A DNA stretch of 46,747 bases from an uncultured Lachnospiraceae bacterium (GTDB lineage Bacteria > Bacillota > Clostridia > Lachnospirales > Lachnospiraceae). Positions 7,227-17,560 of this stretch are shown in pieces. The DNA lies in NCBI GenBank assembly GCA_947594335.1, contig CANQEC010000001.1, positions 1 to 46,747 on the forward strand. Direction: 5' to 3'. The stretch's first letter is position 1, and each line of letters opens with the position of its first letter. Both the position numbers and the translations under genes were made by a program. A model generated the notes under the pieces. The model made no database searches. It was not told the DNA's origin and saw only the letters and a program-made list of their open reading frames with translations.

Positions 7227-9563
7227 ATGAAGGGTTTTAACTGGAAAAGCCGCTGCGGCAGCAGAAGGGCGGCCGCGGCTCTGGCGCTGTCGGTCTGCCT
7301 GTGTCTCGGACTGACGGCAGCACCGCCTTATGCATCACATAGCGATGGAAGCACAGCATATGCCGAAGAGGGCGCGGAAACTGCGGACGGCTTTGCGATG
7401 GGGCGCTATGTGGAACAGACGCTGGAAGTGCCGGAGATCTGGATCCATGATGTCGCGGCGCTGCCGGACGGCAGGATCCGTCTGATCGGGCAGGCGGAAC
7501 CGGACGGTCAGCAGGGGGATGACGCACCATATGAGATATGGGACAGCGCGGACGGCGGAGCGAGCTGGGAGAAGGCGGCTGTTCTGCCGGAAGAAATGAG
7601 CGAAAAATATTTCATAAGTCTGGGGCTTGCGCCGGACGGCGGCGGCGCGGGAGCCGTGTATAAGATGACGGAGGACGGCCAGGATGCTGTGATTGAGTAT
7701 TACAATTTTGACGCGGAGGGAAACGTGACGCAGATTCCGGTGGCGGAAGATGCTGAGAAAATGCAGCGGCTGTGCTTCGGCTCGCAGGGAGAACTGATCG
7801 GGCAGGACTATGGCAATACCGCGTACCGGGTCAACAGGGAAACCGGGGAGATTGAGCAGACGTTTACCGGTCCGGGAGACTACACGGAGATCATCGGCGT
7901 CTGCGGGCAGGAGCTTCTGATGGTCGGAGATTCGGAAGTGCAGCGCTACGATATCGCGGCGGGTGAGCCGCTGCCGTACGACGAGAGCCTGAATGAACAG
8001 CTGTTTGAGGACGGAATGAACTACGCGATCACAACCACCAGTTCTGACCCGATTGCATTTGGCTATACGGACGACGGAAGGATGTACTACACTTCGACGA
8101 AAGGAATTTTCGCCCATGTGCAGGGCGGAACAGTCGTGGAGCAGATTGTGGACGGCGGGATGTGTTCCCTGTCGAGTCCGGGCATCGGTTTCCTCGGCAT
8201 GGCGGTATCGGGAGAAGAGATTTACGTGGCCTGTCTGGAGGACATGGAGCCAAAACTGCTGAAATATGTGTATTCCGCGGACACGCCGACGGTGCCGGAC
8301 AAAGAGGTGCGGGTGTATTCGCTTGAGGAGAACGCGGAGGTCCGCCAGGCCATCGTCATGTATCAGAATGCTCATCCGGACACGAGAGTAAACTATGAGA
8401 TCGGGCTTTCCGGCGAGGGCGGAATGACGGCTTCGGACGCGCTGCGCACATTGAATACGGATATCATGGCGGGAAACGGGCCGGATGTTCTGGTGCTCGA
8501 CGGGATGCCGGTCGATTCCTACATTGAGAAAGGCGTTCTCGCGGATATCAGCGAAATCCGCACGACGGCGCAGGGAGATGCCGGATTTTTTGAACCGATG
8601 ACTTCAGCCTGGGAGGAGGACGGTATTGTGTACGCGATGCCCATCCGCTTCAAAATGCCGCTGATTGCGGGAGATCCGGAACTGGTCGGGCAGGCGAAAG
8701 ATCTGACGCAGCTGGCGGATCTGATCGTATCGGTCACGGACAGTACGGGAAGCAGCGTGGTGTCGGCTATTCCATCTCTTCTTTCCGACACGTTTCTGTA
8801 CTATGTCTGTGCCGGCGCCTGGAGAAACGAGGACAGCACGATCGATCAGGAAAAACTGCTGGACTACATGGTACAGGTGAAGAAAATCCGCGACAGCCAG
8901 GCGCCGTTTATCGACAGTCAGATTCTTGAGGCATACGGGCAGTTTATAACGACAAGCGGAAGCGCCGAAAGGATCAGTATGCTGGGAGTCGATTTTTCGG
9001 AGCTTTTGCGGAACAGCAAACTGGAATACGGGGCTGCGTCCAGCGTCCGCGATATCAATAATATTTCCAGCGTCAACAGGCAGAAGGGAAATATCACGTT
9101 CGCGCCGCTGTCCGGCCAGCAGTCAGGTGTCTTTGTCCCGTCCGGACTCCTTGGAATCAGCAGCATGGCGGCCGATCCCGAAAGCGCGCGCTCCTTTGTG
9201 GAATTTATGTTCACGGACGAGGCGCAGACCCAGTCCATGGAGGGGGGATTCCCGGTCAGCCGGAGTGCGCTTTGGGCGCTGCTGCATGAAAAAGAGCCCG
9301 GTGAACCGGCAGATGAATCCTATACCTGGGCGGATAACAGCACAGGGGAGATGATCTCGATGGAATCGTACTGGATGACGCAGGAGGAGATGGATCAGCT
9401 GACAGAGTATGTGGAGAGTCTTAATACGGCCGCGGACACGGATACCGTGCTCCTGGACGCGGTGCTTGCGCAGGCGGATAAATGCCTGGAGGGGGAATGC
9501 AGTCCCGAGGACGCGGTCAATGCCGTCATGCAGACGATGAATCTGTATCTGGCAGAGGGATGA
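7227..9563 (+). CDS. Large extracellular solute-binding protein: N-terminal beta-propeller-like region plus SBP family 1-type domain
   Basis: AAGGAGG RBS; signal peptide; Asp-box-like SADGGASW; 'LNTDIMAGNGPDVLVLD', 'VYAMPIRF' and 'ARSFVEFMF..GGFPV' SBP motifs. Confidence 0.82.
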   Translation: MKGFNWKSRCGSRRAAAALALSVCLCLGLTAAPPYASHSDGSTAYAEEGAETADGFAMGRYVEQTLEVPEIWIHDVAALPDGRIRLIGQAEPDGQQGDDAPYEIWDSADGGASWEKAAVLPEEMSEKYFISLGLAPDGGGAGAVYKMTEDGQDAVIEYYNFDAEGNVTQIPVAEDAEKMQRLCFGSQGELIGQDYGNTAYRVNRETGEIEQTFTGPGDYTEIIGVCGQELLMVGDSEVQRYDIAAGEPLPYDESLNEQLFEDGMNYAITTTSSDPIAFGYTDDGRMYYTSTKGIFAHVQGGTVVEQIVDGGMCSLSSPGIGFLGMAVSGEEIYVACLEDMEPKLLKYVYSADTPTVPDKEVRVYSLEENAEVRQAIVMYQNAHPDTRVNYEIGLSGEGGMTASDALRTLNTDIMAGNGPDVLVLDGMPVDSYIEKGVLADISEIRTTAQGDAGFFEPMTSAWEEDGIVYAMPIRFKMPLIAGDPELVGQAKDLTQLADLIVSVTDSTGSSVVSAIPSLLSDTFLYYVCAGAWRNEDSTIDQEKLLDYMVQVKKIRDSQAPFIDSQILEAYGQFITTSGSAERISMLGVDFSELLRNSKLEYGAASSVRDINNISSVNRQKGNITFAPLSGQQSGVFVPSGLLGISSMAADPESARSFVEFMFTDEAQTQSMEGGFPVSRSALWALLHEKEPGEPADESYTWADNSTGEMISMESYWMTQEEMDQLTEYVESLNTAADTDTVLLDAVLAQADKCLEGECSPEDAVNAVMQTMNLYLAEG

Positions 9564-9588
9564 TCCCGGTGGGCAAAGTGAAACTGCG

Positions 9589-10443
9589 ATGAGAAAGAAA
9601 AAAACCAGAAAAAAACAGGACTGGGCGGGGCTGCTTTTTATCCTGCCCAGCCTCGCGGGAGTTGCGGTGTTTACACTGATCCCGTTTGCGGATGTCATCC
9701 GCCGTTCTTTTACGGCGGCTGTCACGGGAATGTGGGTCGGATTTACAAATTACAGAACCGTATTTGCAAATACGGCCTTCCGGCTTGCGGCCTCCAACAC
9801 GCTGCGCTTTACGCTCGTCTGCCTTCCGCTGCTGATTGCGGTCTCACTGGCGCTTGCGGTGCTGCTGCAGAATCTGATCTTCGGAAAAAATCTGCTCAAG
9901 AGCATCTGTCTGATGCCTATGGCAGTCCCCGCGGCGTCCGTGGTCCTGGTCTGGAAAGTTCTGTTTCACCGGCATGGTCTGATCAACGCGCTGCTGGAAA
10001 AGGCGGGGCTGGGGCAGATCGGCTGGATGGAAACAGGATGTGCGTTTGCCGTGCTGGTCGTCAGCTATCTCTGGAAAAATCTCGGCTATGATATGATTTT
10101 GTGGCTGGCCGGTCTTGCGGGAATCCCGACGGAAATCTACGAGGCGGCGCGGGTGGACGGTGCGGGCGACTGGAAATGTTTCCTTCTGATCACGCTGCCG
10201 AACCTGAAGTCATCACTGTATACGATCACAGTGCTTTCGTTTTTAAATTCGTTCAAGGTGTTTCGGGAGGCGTGGCTTGTGGCGGGGGACTATCCGCATC
10301 AGAGCATGTATCTGCTGCAGCACCTGTACAGCAACTGGTTCCGGGACCTGGCGTTTGACAAGATAGCGGCGGCGGCAGTGACGACGGCAGGAATCGTGTT
10401 TGTCCTGATCATGCTGCTGCAGAGAATGTGGGAACAGGAGTGA
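9589..10443 (+). CDS. Carbohydrate-type (MalF-like) ABC permease
   Basis: 'LFILPSLAG', 'VGFTNY', 'WKNLGYDMIL', EAA loop 'IYEAARVDGAG'. Confidence 0.9.
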   Translation: MRKKKTRKKQDWAGLLFILPSLAGVAVFTLIPFADVIRRSFTAAVTGMWVGFTNYRTVFANTAFRLAASNTLRFTLVCLPLLIAVSLALAVLLQNLIFGKNLLKSICLMPMAVPAASVVLVWKVLFHRHGLINALLEKAGLGQIGWMETGCAFAVLVVSYLWKNLGYDMILWLAGLAGIPTEIYEAARVDGAGDWKCFLLITLPNLKSSLYTITVLSFLNSFKVFREAWLVAGDYPHQSMYLLQHLYSNWFRDLAFDKIAAAAVTTAGIVFVLIMLLQRMWEQE

Positions 10444-10536
10444 CCCGCCTTGCGCACGATAGTTTTGCGGGGCGGTTCCCACATGACGGCTGCCGATAAG
10501 GGACAGGCCAAAAGAAACAGGAAGGGGCAGGCAGGT

Positions 10537-11388
10537 GTGAAAAAGAAAATTTTAAATATCATGATAACCGTTCTGCTGGGTTTTCCGGCGGCAGTGATGG
10601 TCTTCCCGGTTCTGTTCGCATTTTCCGGCGTATTTATGTCGGGATATGAGCTGAAGCAGTATCTGGGACCGGTACTGGCCGGAGCCGAAGGGATGGCGCG
10701 GTGGCCGCTGGTTCCCCATATCCCGACGCTTTCGCCTCTGGTGGAGCTGCTGATCGATTCGCCGCAGTTTTTTGTGATGTTCTGGAATTCGGTGAAGCTG
10801 ACGCTGAGTATCCTGGCCGGACAGCTGCTGGTCGGCGTTCCGGCGGCATGGGGACTCGCGCGTTTTTCGTTTCCGGGAAGGAAGCTTCTTTATACCTTAT
10901 ATCTGGTGCTTATGCTGATGCCGTTCCAGGTGCTGATGCTGCCTCAGTACATCGTGCTGGAGCGGCTGTCGCTTCTGGATACGCATGCGGGGATTATCCT
11001 GCCGGCGGTATTTTCCACGTTTCCGGTTTTTATTATGTACCGGTTTTTCCATGGGATACCGGAGGCCATCCTTGAGGCGGCGCGGATCGACGGAGCGGGG
11101 AATCTGCGGATTTTTCTGATGATCGGGATACCGCTTGGATCAGCGGGGATCGTGTCCGCGATGATCCTGGGGTTTCTGGAATACTGGAATATGATCGAGC
11201 AGCCGATGACCTATCTGAAGACGCGGGCGCAGTGGCCGCTGTCGCTGTTTCTTCCGGAGATCGGACTGGATGAGGCCGGGACAGGATTTACGGCGGCAGT
11301 CATGATGCTGATTCCGGCGCTTCTGGTATTTCTTGGGGGTCAGGATTATCTGGAGCAGGGGATCGCGGCGGCGGCTGTGAAGGAATGA
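10537..11388 (+). CDS. Carbohydrate-type (MalG-like) ABC permease
   Basis: 'FWNS', 'AWGLARFSFPGRK', 'LMPFQV', EAA loop 'ILEAARIDGAG', 'YWN'. Start uncertain (GTG 10537 or ATG 10483). Confidence 0.88.
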   Translation: MKKKILNIMITVLLGFPAAVMVFPVLFAFSGVFMSGYELKQYLGPVLAGAEGMARWPLVPHIPTLSPLVELLIDSPQFFVMFWNSVKLTLSILAGQLLVGVPAAWGLARFSFPGRKLLYTLYLVLMLMPFQVLMLPQYIVLERLSLLDTHAGIILPAVFSTFPVFIMYRFFHGIPEAILEAARIDGAGNLRIFLMIGIPLGSAGIVSAMILGFLEYWNMIEQPMTYLKTRAQWPLSLFLPEIGLDEAGTGFTAAVMMLIPALLVFLGGQDYLEQGIAAAAVKE

Positions 11389-11483
11389 GATGCTGCCGTG
11401 TCTTTAGAGAAACAAAGACAGCTGTCGGCTTTTGCTCCTGATGCCAGGCTGTGCGGACAGGAAGGGAAGGGGGATTATAAATC

Positions 11484-13580
11484 ATGAAACGGGGGAAACT
11501 GGCCGGAATGACGGGGCTGTTTCTGGCACTGATGCTGCTGTTTACCGTGCTGTCGAGGGCGGCGGACTCGGCGGGAATCGCGAATGTGACGCTTGGCAGG
11601 CCGCAGAATATGATGATTGCCCACGAGGTCTGCGGAAGCGGAAGAGTGGAGCAGAACCAGGAGTGCGCGGTTGTCACGGAGGCAGGCCAGCGTGTCGGAA
11701 CTGTTTATGTGAATGAAGGTCAGCAGGTAGAAAAGGGCGGACTGCTGTTTGACCTGGATCTGGATTCCCTGGAAGAGTCCATCCTGGAAAAGAAGCAGGA
11801 GATCCAAAAGCTGGAGCTTCAGATGAAAGACCTGGCCAGCCAGGAATCTGTGAATGAAAAACAGCGGTCAAATGCGCAGGCGCAGGCATCTGAGAATTAT
11901 TCTCTGTCTGTGTCGCGCGCATCGGCTTCCCTTTCCCATGCAGAAGAAAATCTCAGGAAGGCGCAAAAGGAGCTGAAGGAATATCGGGAAAAGGAAGGGG
12001 TCAGCGAGGAGGATACGCTTGCGGAGCAGGAACTGGAGCAGATCTGCGAGGAGTGTTCCGCGGCATATATCCAGGCGCAGCAGGATCTGCAGACACTGCA
12101 GTGGAGGATTGAGAAGGCGGTGGATGACGCCCTGCAGAAAAACGGCGGGGCGAAAGTACAGAATATACAGGTAAAGACAGGAAGTCCTGATGCGGGAGAA
12201 GTTTTTCCGGAGGTGAATCTGGATACCGGAAAAGAAGCTCAGCCGGATGTGGACGGGGAAGCGGAACAGATTCTGACGGAAGCGGAATCCGGGCTGAAAA
12301 CTTTGGAGACGGACAGCCTGTCTGATTCGGCAGAACCGGCAGGGGTAAATGAAGAGGATGAGAATACTTGGACCGATGAGGTCCTTATAATAGAAGATGT
12401 GGAAGTGTACGATGACCCGGGAAACAGCCCGGAAAATGACCAGTGGATTCCAGACGCGGGAGATTTGACGGGAACGGGAAGCAATTCCGGGGCGGACAGT
12501 CCGGGAAGCAGCCAGTGGACTTCGGATATCGTGCAGGATCCCGCGGAAACGGGAAACGGTTCCGGGACAGCGGACAGTCCGGGAAACAGCCAGTGGACTT
12601 CAGATGCCGTGCAGGATCCCGACAGGATTGAGCAGAGTGTGCGGGAACAATATGCGCCGGAACTTGAAAAGGCGGAAAAAGCGGTTGCCGACGCGCTGGA
12701 AAAAAAGCAGAAGGCGGAGGCGGCGCTTGAGGACTGCCGGCAGAAAATGCTCGCGGCGCGCGGCAGCCAGAATGCCGGGGAGGAGCAGCAGCTGATCGAC
12801 GCGGTCAGGGCGGCGCAGATGGCGTACGAGGATGCCGCCATAGCCGCGAACGAGGCGGCAGTCACCGGAAACAGAGGCGTGGAGACGGCAGGTCTTCCGG
12901 AGGCGGAGAACAGTACGGACGACATTTATGAACTGGATCTTGAGCAGATGAAGCGGGAGCTTTCAAAGCTTGAGGATCTTGAGAAAGCGGACGGAAAGGT
13001 TGCGGCTCCGGTTGACGGGATTGTCACGGGCGTTTATATCACGGCAGGGGAACGGACTCCCGACAGCACGGCGGTTATGCTCGCGGATCTGACCAAAGGC
13101 TGCCGGCTGACGGCCGAAATTCCGCAGGAACAGGAGAAGTATATCAGCCGGGGAGATCTGGTGACGGTAAAGAGCGGGGACGGGAAAACAACGCTGGAGG
13201 AGATTCCTGTGGAATCTATCGCCGCGAAAGCGGAGGATGAGACGGTCCGCCTTGTGACAGTCCAGATCCCGGAGGGAAAGCTGCAGATCGGGATGGCCGC
13301 GGAGCTGTCCCTGACGAAGAAATCCGCCGCCTATCCGCTTTGCATACCGCTTTCGGCCCTTTATCTGGATGAGAAAAACCAGCCGTATGTGCTTGCGGTG
13401 CAGGAGATCAATTCTGTGCTGGGAACGGAGATGCAGGCGCTTAAGGTGGCGGTTGTGGTGGAAGAGCGGAATGATTCGTATGCGGCGCTGTCGCAGGGGA
13501 GCATCACATCCTCTCAGAGTGTGATCGTATCGTCGGATCGGGCGATCGGGGAGGGAAGCCGCGTGAGAGTTGCAGACTAA
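11484..13580 (+). CDS. Membrane-fusion protein / periplasmic adaptor (HlyD/MacA-like) with very long coiled coil and acidic insertion
   Basis: N-terminal TM; lipoyl half-motifs 'GQRVGTVYVNEGQQVEKGGLLFDLD' and 'VAAPVDGIVTGVYITAGE'; C-terminal 'IPLSAL...YVL' and 'IGEGSRVRV'. Confidence 0.82.
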   Translation: MKRGKLAGMTGLFLALMLLFTVLSRAADSAGIANVTLGRPQNMMIAHEVCGSGRVEQNQECAVVTEAGQRVGTVYVNEGQQVEKGGLLFDLDLDSLEESILEKKQEIQKLELQMKDLASQESVNEKQRSNAQAQASENYSLSVSRASASLSHAEENLRKAQKELKEYREKEGVSEEDTLAEQELEQICEECSAAYIQAQQDLQTLQWRIEKAVDDALQKNGGAKVQNIQVKTGSPDAGEVFPEVNLDTGKEAQPDVDGEAEQILTEAESGLKTLETDSLSDSAEPAGVNEEDENTWTDEVLIIEDVEVYDDPGNSPENDQWIPDAGDLTGTGSNSGADSPGSSQWTSDIVQDPAETGNGSGTADSPGNSQWTSDAVQDPDRIEQSVREQYAPELEKAEKAVADALEKKQKAEAALEDCRQKMLAARGSQNAGEEQQLIDAVRAAQMAYEDAAIAANEAAVTGNRGVETAGLPEAENSTDDIYELDLEQMKRELSKLEDLEKADGKVAAPVDGIVTGVYITAGERTPDSTAVMLADLTKGCRLTAEIPQEQEKYISRGDLVTVKSGDGKTTLEEIPVESIAAKAEDETVRLVTVQIPEGKLQIGMAAELSLTKKSAAYPLCIPLSALYLDEKNQPYVLAVQEINSVLGTEMQALKVAVVVEERNDSYAALSQGSITSSQSVIVSSDRAIGEGSRVRVAD
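12410..12620 (+). repeat. In-frame 78-bp (26-aa) tandem repeat, about 2.7 copies
   Basis: DSPGSSQWTSDIVQDP / DSPGNSQWTSDAVQDP, preceded by degenerate NSPENDQW. Confidence 0.8.
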
Positions 13581-13714
13581 GTATGTCTGGCAACACCATG
13601 AAATGCGGAGCAATTCGTGGCATCATAGGGGCAAAATTTCTTTTGACCCCAGCATCATGATATAGAAGCCAGGAAAAAAGACCGGAGCAAACTATAAGAC
13701 AGAGGAAATAAAAA

Positions 13715-14737
13715 ATGAAGCGAAAAAAAGGACTGAGATGGTTCCGGATTCTGGCAGGCATGCTGCTGACGGCGCTTTTGTACCGGGCAGCGGCGGCCGA
13801 AAGTGCGCGGGTGAATGAGAGGGCGGACATCACTGTGATCCAAATGAAAGCGCGCGGGCTGACCGCGGCGGACGCGGGAGAAATACAGGAGAGGGAACTG
13901 GAAGCGGAGGAGCCTCTGGAACTGAATTTCTGGGGGGAAGCGGGAGAAAGAACCGTGACGAGCCGGGTGAACGGGAAGAGCGAGCCGGTGTCCCTGCTCT
14001 ATACCGGTGAGAAAAGCGGCCTTGTCCTTCCGGGAACGGAAATCCTTTCCTGGAAGGAGAACGGGTGCTGCCTCGATAAAAAAACGGCGGATGCACTGTT
14101 CGGCACGGAAGAGGCTGCAGGGCAGACCGTCTGGATGGGGGAGAAGGAGTATACGGTCTGCGGGACATTTGAAAGCTTCCGGAAACTCGTACTCTGCCGG
14201 GCGCGCAGAGAGGACGGGGCAGTTCTGACAGCGATATCCTGCCGCGTTCCAAAGGAGGACGGAGCCGCATCCCGTGTGCAGGAATTTATGATGCGCCAGA
14301 ATCTTGCGGGAGAGGTTACCGACCTGACGTTTCTGGCATACCTGAGCCGTAATCTGATGCTTTTGCTGCCGGTCTGCCTGGGAATACGTCTGCTGCAGAT
14401 GATATCGCGCGCCATCAGCGGCGCTGAAGAAACGCAGACGAATGGGAAACGGGACACTTTCGCATTGCCTCTTCGCTGCCTGCGTCTGATCCTTATTGTT
14501 GGCATCTGCGTTTTTTTATGGGAGAACATCAGGATTCCATCCGATATGATCCCATCCAGATGGTCGGATTTTTCTTTCTGGGGGACATGGTGGGAGACGC
14601 AGAAAGAAAATCTGCTTCGCGTGTTTTTCATGGCGCAGGGAGAAACACAGGTTATGTTTCTTTGGAATTTCTGCCGTTTTGTATGCGCCAGCGCCGGGGC
14701 GGTATTCTGTTTCCTGCTGTGTACGGACGGAGCCTGA
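13715..14737 (+). CDS. MacB-like periplasmic-core-domain membrane protein (no ATPase domain)
   Basis: N-terminal TM; 'GCCLDKKTADALFGTEEAAGQTVWMGEKEYTVCGTF' matches the MacB_PCD pattern; three C-terminal hydrophobic segments. Confidence 0.72.
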   Translation: MKRKKGLRWFRILAGMLLTALLYRAAAAESARVNERADITVIQMKARGLTAADAGEIQERELEAEEPLELNFWGEAGERTVTSRVNGKSEPVSLLYTGEKSGLVLPGTEILSWKENGCCLDKKTADALFGTEEAAGQTVWMGEKEYTVCGTFESFRKLVLCRARREDGAVLTAISCRVPKEDGAASRVQEFMMRQNLAGEVTDLTFLAYLSRNLMLLLPVCLGIRLLQMISRAISGAEETQTNGKRDTFALPLRCLRLILIVGICVFLWENIRIPSDMIPSRWSDFSFWGTWWETQKENLLRVFFMAQGETQVMFLWNFCRFVCASAGAVFCFLLCTDGA

Positions 14738-14793
14738 AAGAGAAAAGGCTGCAGCCTGTAAATCGAGGAGGCGGCTTTTTCGCCTGCGCATAT

Positions 14794-14841
14794 AGAAAAA
14801 AGGAGCTGCGGAAAAAATTTCCCGACAGCCCCTTTTCTTTT
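14794..14841. terminator. Bidirectional terminator between convergent genes
   Basis: agaaaaaaggagctg-cggaaaaaatttcccg-acagccccttttctttt. Confidence 0.7.
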
Positions 14842-14873
14842 ACATCAGAAACCGTGTTCGTTCTGGACAGTTT

Positions 14874-15851
14874 TCAGCCTGCGATATCTTCAAGGGCGTT
14901 CTCCACTTCACCGAGCGCATCACCGGAAACATCTCCGGACTCGGCGGATGCGAGGGCTTCCTCCGGAACGACGATCTCTTTCCGATCGGTATACGTTACG
15001 AAAGTATCGAGGGAAAAATCGTTCAGGGAAAGCTCAACGGAGGAACCTTCCGCCATCTCACCCATTGCCATGGCCAGGTACTGGCTGATCGCGGAGAGAT
15101 CACTGTCATTCAGATCGATATGGAGCTTGACAGTCTGATAATCGGTCGTGTCCACGTAGTATTCCAGTTTGACCTTGATTCCGCTCAGCATGCTCATGGC
15201 CATAGCGACGTCCTCGTCGGAAGTAAGATCTTCCTCGCCGGAAACCTCTGAGATCTTGTTCAGGAAAGTTTCGATGGAAGAGGAATCTATCACAGCGGAG
15301 AGGAGATAGCATTCCGTTCCGTTGACATCGGCGGCTTCGGGAGCAAGCTCAAAGTCGAGACCCCACTCGGAGAAATCGATATCCGCACCTTTCGCCAGAA
15401 GATCCTCCAGATCCAAAATAGAGCTGTCGGATGATCCGTGTTCCCATGTCCCTTCTTCGCCGGAAACAGAATCCTCCGTGTATATATAAGTATCAAATGT
15501 GCCGTCCCCGGCGTCAACGCCGTACAGCTTCATGATCAGGGACTGGCTCTGTCCCAGAAACGACATGTCAAGCTTGCCGTCCATGGACATTCCCAGAGGA
15601 TCCACGTTTATGGACATATCATAATTACCGGAAGCCCCGATGCCGATCGAGGAGGATGTCGTGCCGTCTCCGATATCAACGGAAGCATCCAGATTCATAT
15701 CCACATTTACATCCGCCGCGGCCGGGGGGTTCTCTACACCGGCAGTCTGCATTTTTTCCAGCACGCTCTCAGCCGTCTCGGCGCTGTCAAAGCCGAAAAG
15801 CATGGATGCCGCTCCGAGTGCCGCGAGACAAAACAATACCTTCTTTTTCAT
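14874..15851 (-). CDS. Acidic secreted protein, DUF6612/LolA-like beta-fold candidate
   Basis: Signal peptide MKKKVLF...; beta-rich body ending 'EIVVPEEAL'; 'DVNGTECYLL'; RBS and promoter present. Confidence 0.6.
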   Translation of the reverse strand: MKKKVLFCLAALGAASMLFGFDSAETAESVLEKMQTAGVENPPAAADVNVDMNLDASVDIGDGTTSSSIGIGASGNYDMSINVDPLGMSMDGKLDMSFLGQSQSLIMKLYGVDAGDGTFDTYIYTEDSVSGEEGTWEHGSSDSSILDLEDLLAKGADIDFSEWGLDFELAPEAADVNGTECYLLSAVIDSSSIETFLNKISEVSGEEDLTSDEDVAMAMSMLSGIKVKLEYYVDTTDYQTVKLHIDLNDSDLSAISQYLAMAMGEMAEGSSVELSLNDFSLDTFVTYTDRKEIVVPEEALASAESGDVSGDALGEVENALEDIAG

Positions 15852-15915
15852 AATCTTACCCTCTCTTCTTTGTAAAATTTAATTTATCGAAAGGTGTCCG
15901 ATAAATCACGATCTC

Positions 15916-15944
15916 AGTATATCACTTTGAAAATAACGTGTCCA
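15916..15944 (-). promoter_or_regulatory. Sigma-A promoter for the 14874-15851 gene
   Basis: Minus strand TGGACA-17 bp-TATACT with extended TG. Confidence 0.7.
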
Positions 15945-16197
15945 CAGGAATCGTCTGGTTAGCCGAAATTTAAGGAATTATACCAAATCCGCAGGAAAAT
16001 AAAGGAAATCAATGCCGAATCAGAACAGATATTGCGAAAAAATAGGCTTGAATCAGGCTGTACTGCTGTTATATACTAAGGTAGCCTGCCTGATGGGCAC
16101 GAAGCAGAACGGCAGCGTGGCGGATGGGAGGAACAGAAAAAGAAGACCTCCGGATGCGGACGCAGAGCCGGAAATACAGCGGAAAGCGGGAAAAATC

Positions 16198-17508
16198 ATG
16201 AATTATACGGAAGCAGTCGCTTATATTGAAGATATACCGAAATTTACAAAAAAGAACAAGCCGGAAAATACGCTTGAGATGGTCAGAAGACTCGGGCATC
16301 CGGAACGGAAGATGAAGGTGATCCATGTCGCGGGGACGAACGGAAAGGGATCGGTCTGCGCGTTCCTCTCCTCGATTTTGACAAGGGCGGAAAAGCGGAC
16401 AGGCCTGTTTACGTCGCCGCATCTGGTTGAGATCACGGAGCGCTTCCAGATTAACGGGGAACAGGTGCGGCATGAAGTCTTCGCGGATGCGTTCACCCGC
16501 GTAAAGCAGACGGTGGATGAGATGATCGCGGACGGATATGCGCATCCGGCCTATTTTGAGCTGCTGTTTGGCGTGGGACTTCTGATCTTTGAGCAGGAGA
16601 AGGTGGAATATCTGGTGATGGAGACAGGACTTGGCGGCAGGCTCGACGCCACAAATCTGGTCGAGCATCCGATCGTGACGGTTCTCACCAGCATCAGCAT
16701 GGACCATATGGAGTATCTCGGGAATACGGTCGGAGAGATTGCCCGGGAAAAGGCAGGGATCATCAAGGAAGGAGTGCCTGTCGTCTACGACGGGCGCGTG
16801 CCGGAGGCGGAGCGCGTGATCCTGGACGAGGCCGCGAAAAAGCATGCGAAGGCGTATCCCTATTATGCCGGGATGACGGAAATACTGGATAAAACGGATA
16901 AAAGCATTGATTTTATCCTGAATTACAAGTATGATGATGAAAGAGGACAAAGCCGGGATTCTTCCGTGAAGATCACGGTTCCTTATCTTGCGGAGTATCA
17001 GCTGGTGAACAGTTCGCTCGCGGTGATGGCCATGCGCGCGGTCGATCCGGGCAGAAAAGTCAGCGATAAGGAGATAGCCGAAGCGATCTGCGCGACGAGG
17101 TGGCAGGGCCGGATGGAGACGGTGATGCCGGGTGTCGTGCTGGACGGCGCGCACAACGCGGACGGAATCCGTGAGTTTATCCGCACGGTGGCCGGTGTGC
17201 AGGAGCGCAGGGATGTCTCGCTGCTGTTTTCCGCGGTGGCGGATAAGGAGTATGAGAAGATGATACGCGAGATCTGCGAGGAGGCACATTTTTCCCGCAT
17301 AACGGTGACACAGGTCGGAGGGGTGCGTGCTGTGCCGGCCGGGCAGCTTGCCGGCGTATTCCGAAAGTACACGGACGCGCCTGTGGAAGCGTACGCGTCT
17401 GTAAAGGAAGCTTTTGAGGCGGCGCTTGCGGGGCGCGGGGACGGAATGCTGTTCTGCGCCGGATCGCTGTATCTGGTCGGGGAACTGAAAGCGGTCATGC
17501 GCGCGTGA
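16198..17508 (+). CDS. folC: Folylpolyglutamate synthase/dihydrofolate synthase
   Basis: IHVAGTNGKGS, FTSPHL, ETGLGGRLDATN, EKAGIIK, LDGAHN and GSLYLVG motifs. Confidence 0.96.
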   Translation: MNYTEAVAYIEDIPKFTKKNKPENTLEMVRRLGHPERKMKVIHVAGTNGKGSVCAFLSSILTRAEKRTGLFTSPHLVEITERFQINGEQVRHEVFADAFTRVKQTVDEMIADGYAHPAYFELLFGVGLLIFEQEKVEYLVMETGLGGRLDATNLVEHPIVTVLTSISMDHMEYLGNTVGEIAREKAGIIKEGVPVVYDGRVPEAERVILDEAAKKHAKAYPYYAGMTEILDKTDKSIDFILNYKYDDERGQSRDSSVKITVPYLAEYQLVNSSLAVMAMRAVDPGRKVSDKEIAEAICATRWQGRMETVMPGVVLDGAHNADGIREFIRTVAGVQERRDVSLLFSAVADKEYEKMIREICEEAHFSRITVTQVGGVRAVPAGQLAGVFRKYTDAPVEAYASVKEAFEAALAGRGDGMLFCAGSLYLVGELKAVMRA

Positions 17509-17560
17509 ACTGTGACCGGATGCGGCGGGGGAACCGCGCGGCATGTTCTGATCCATTCAT

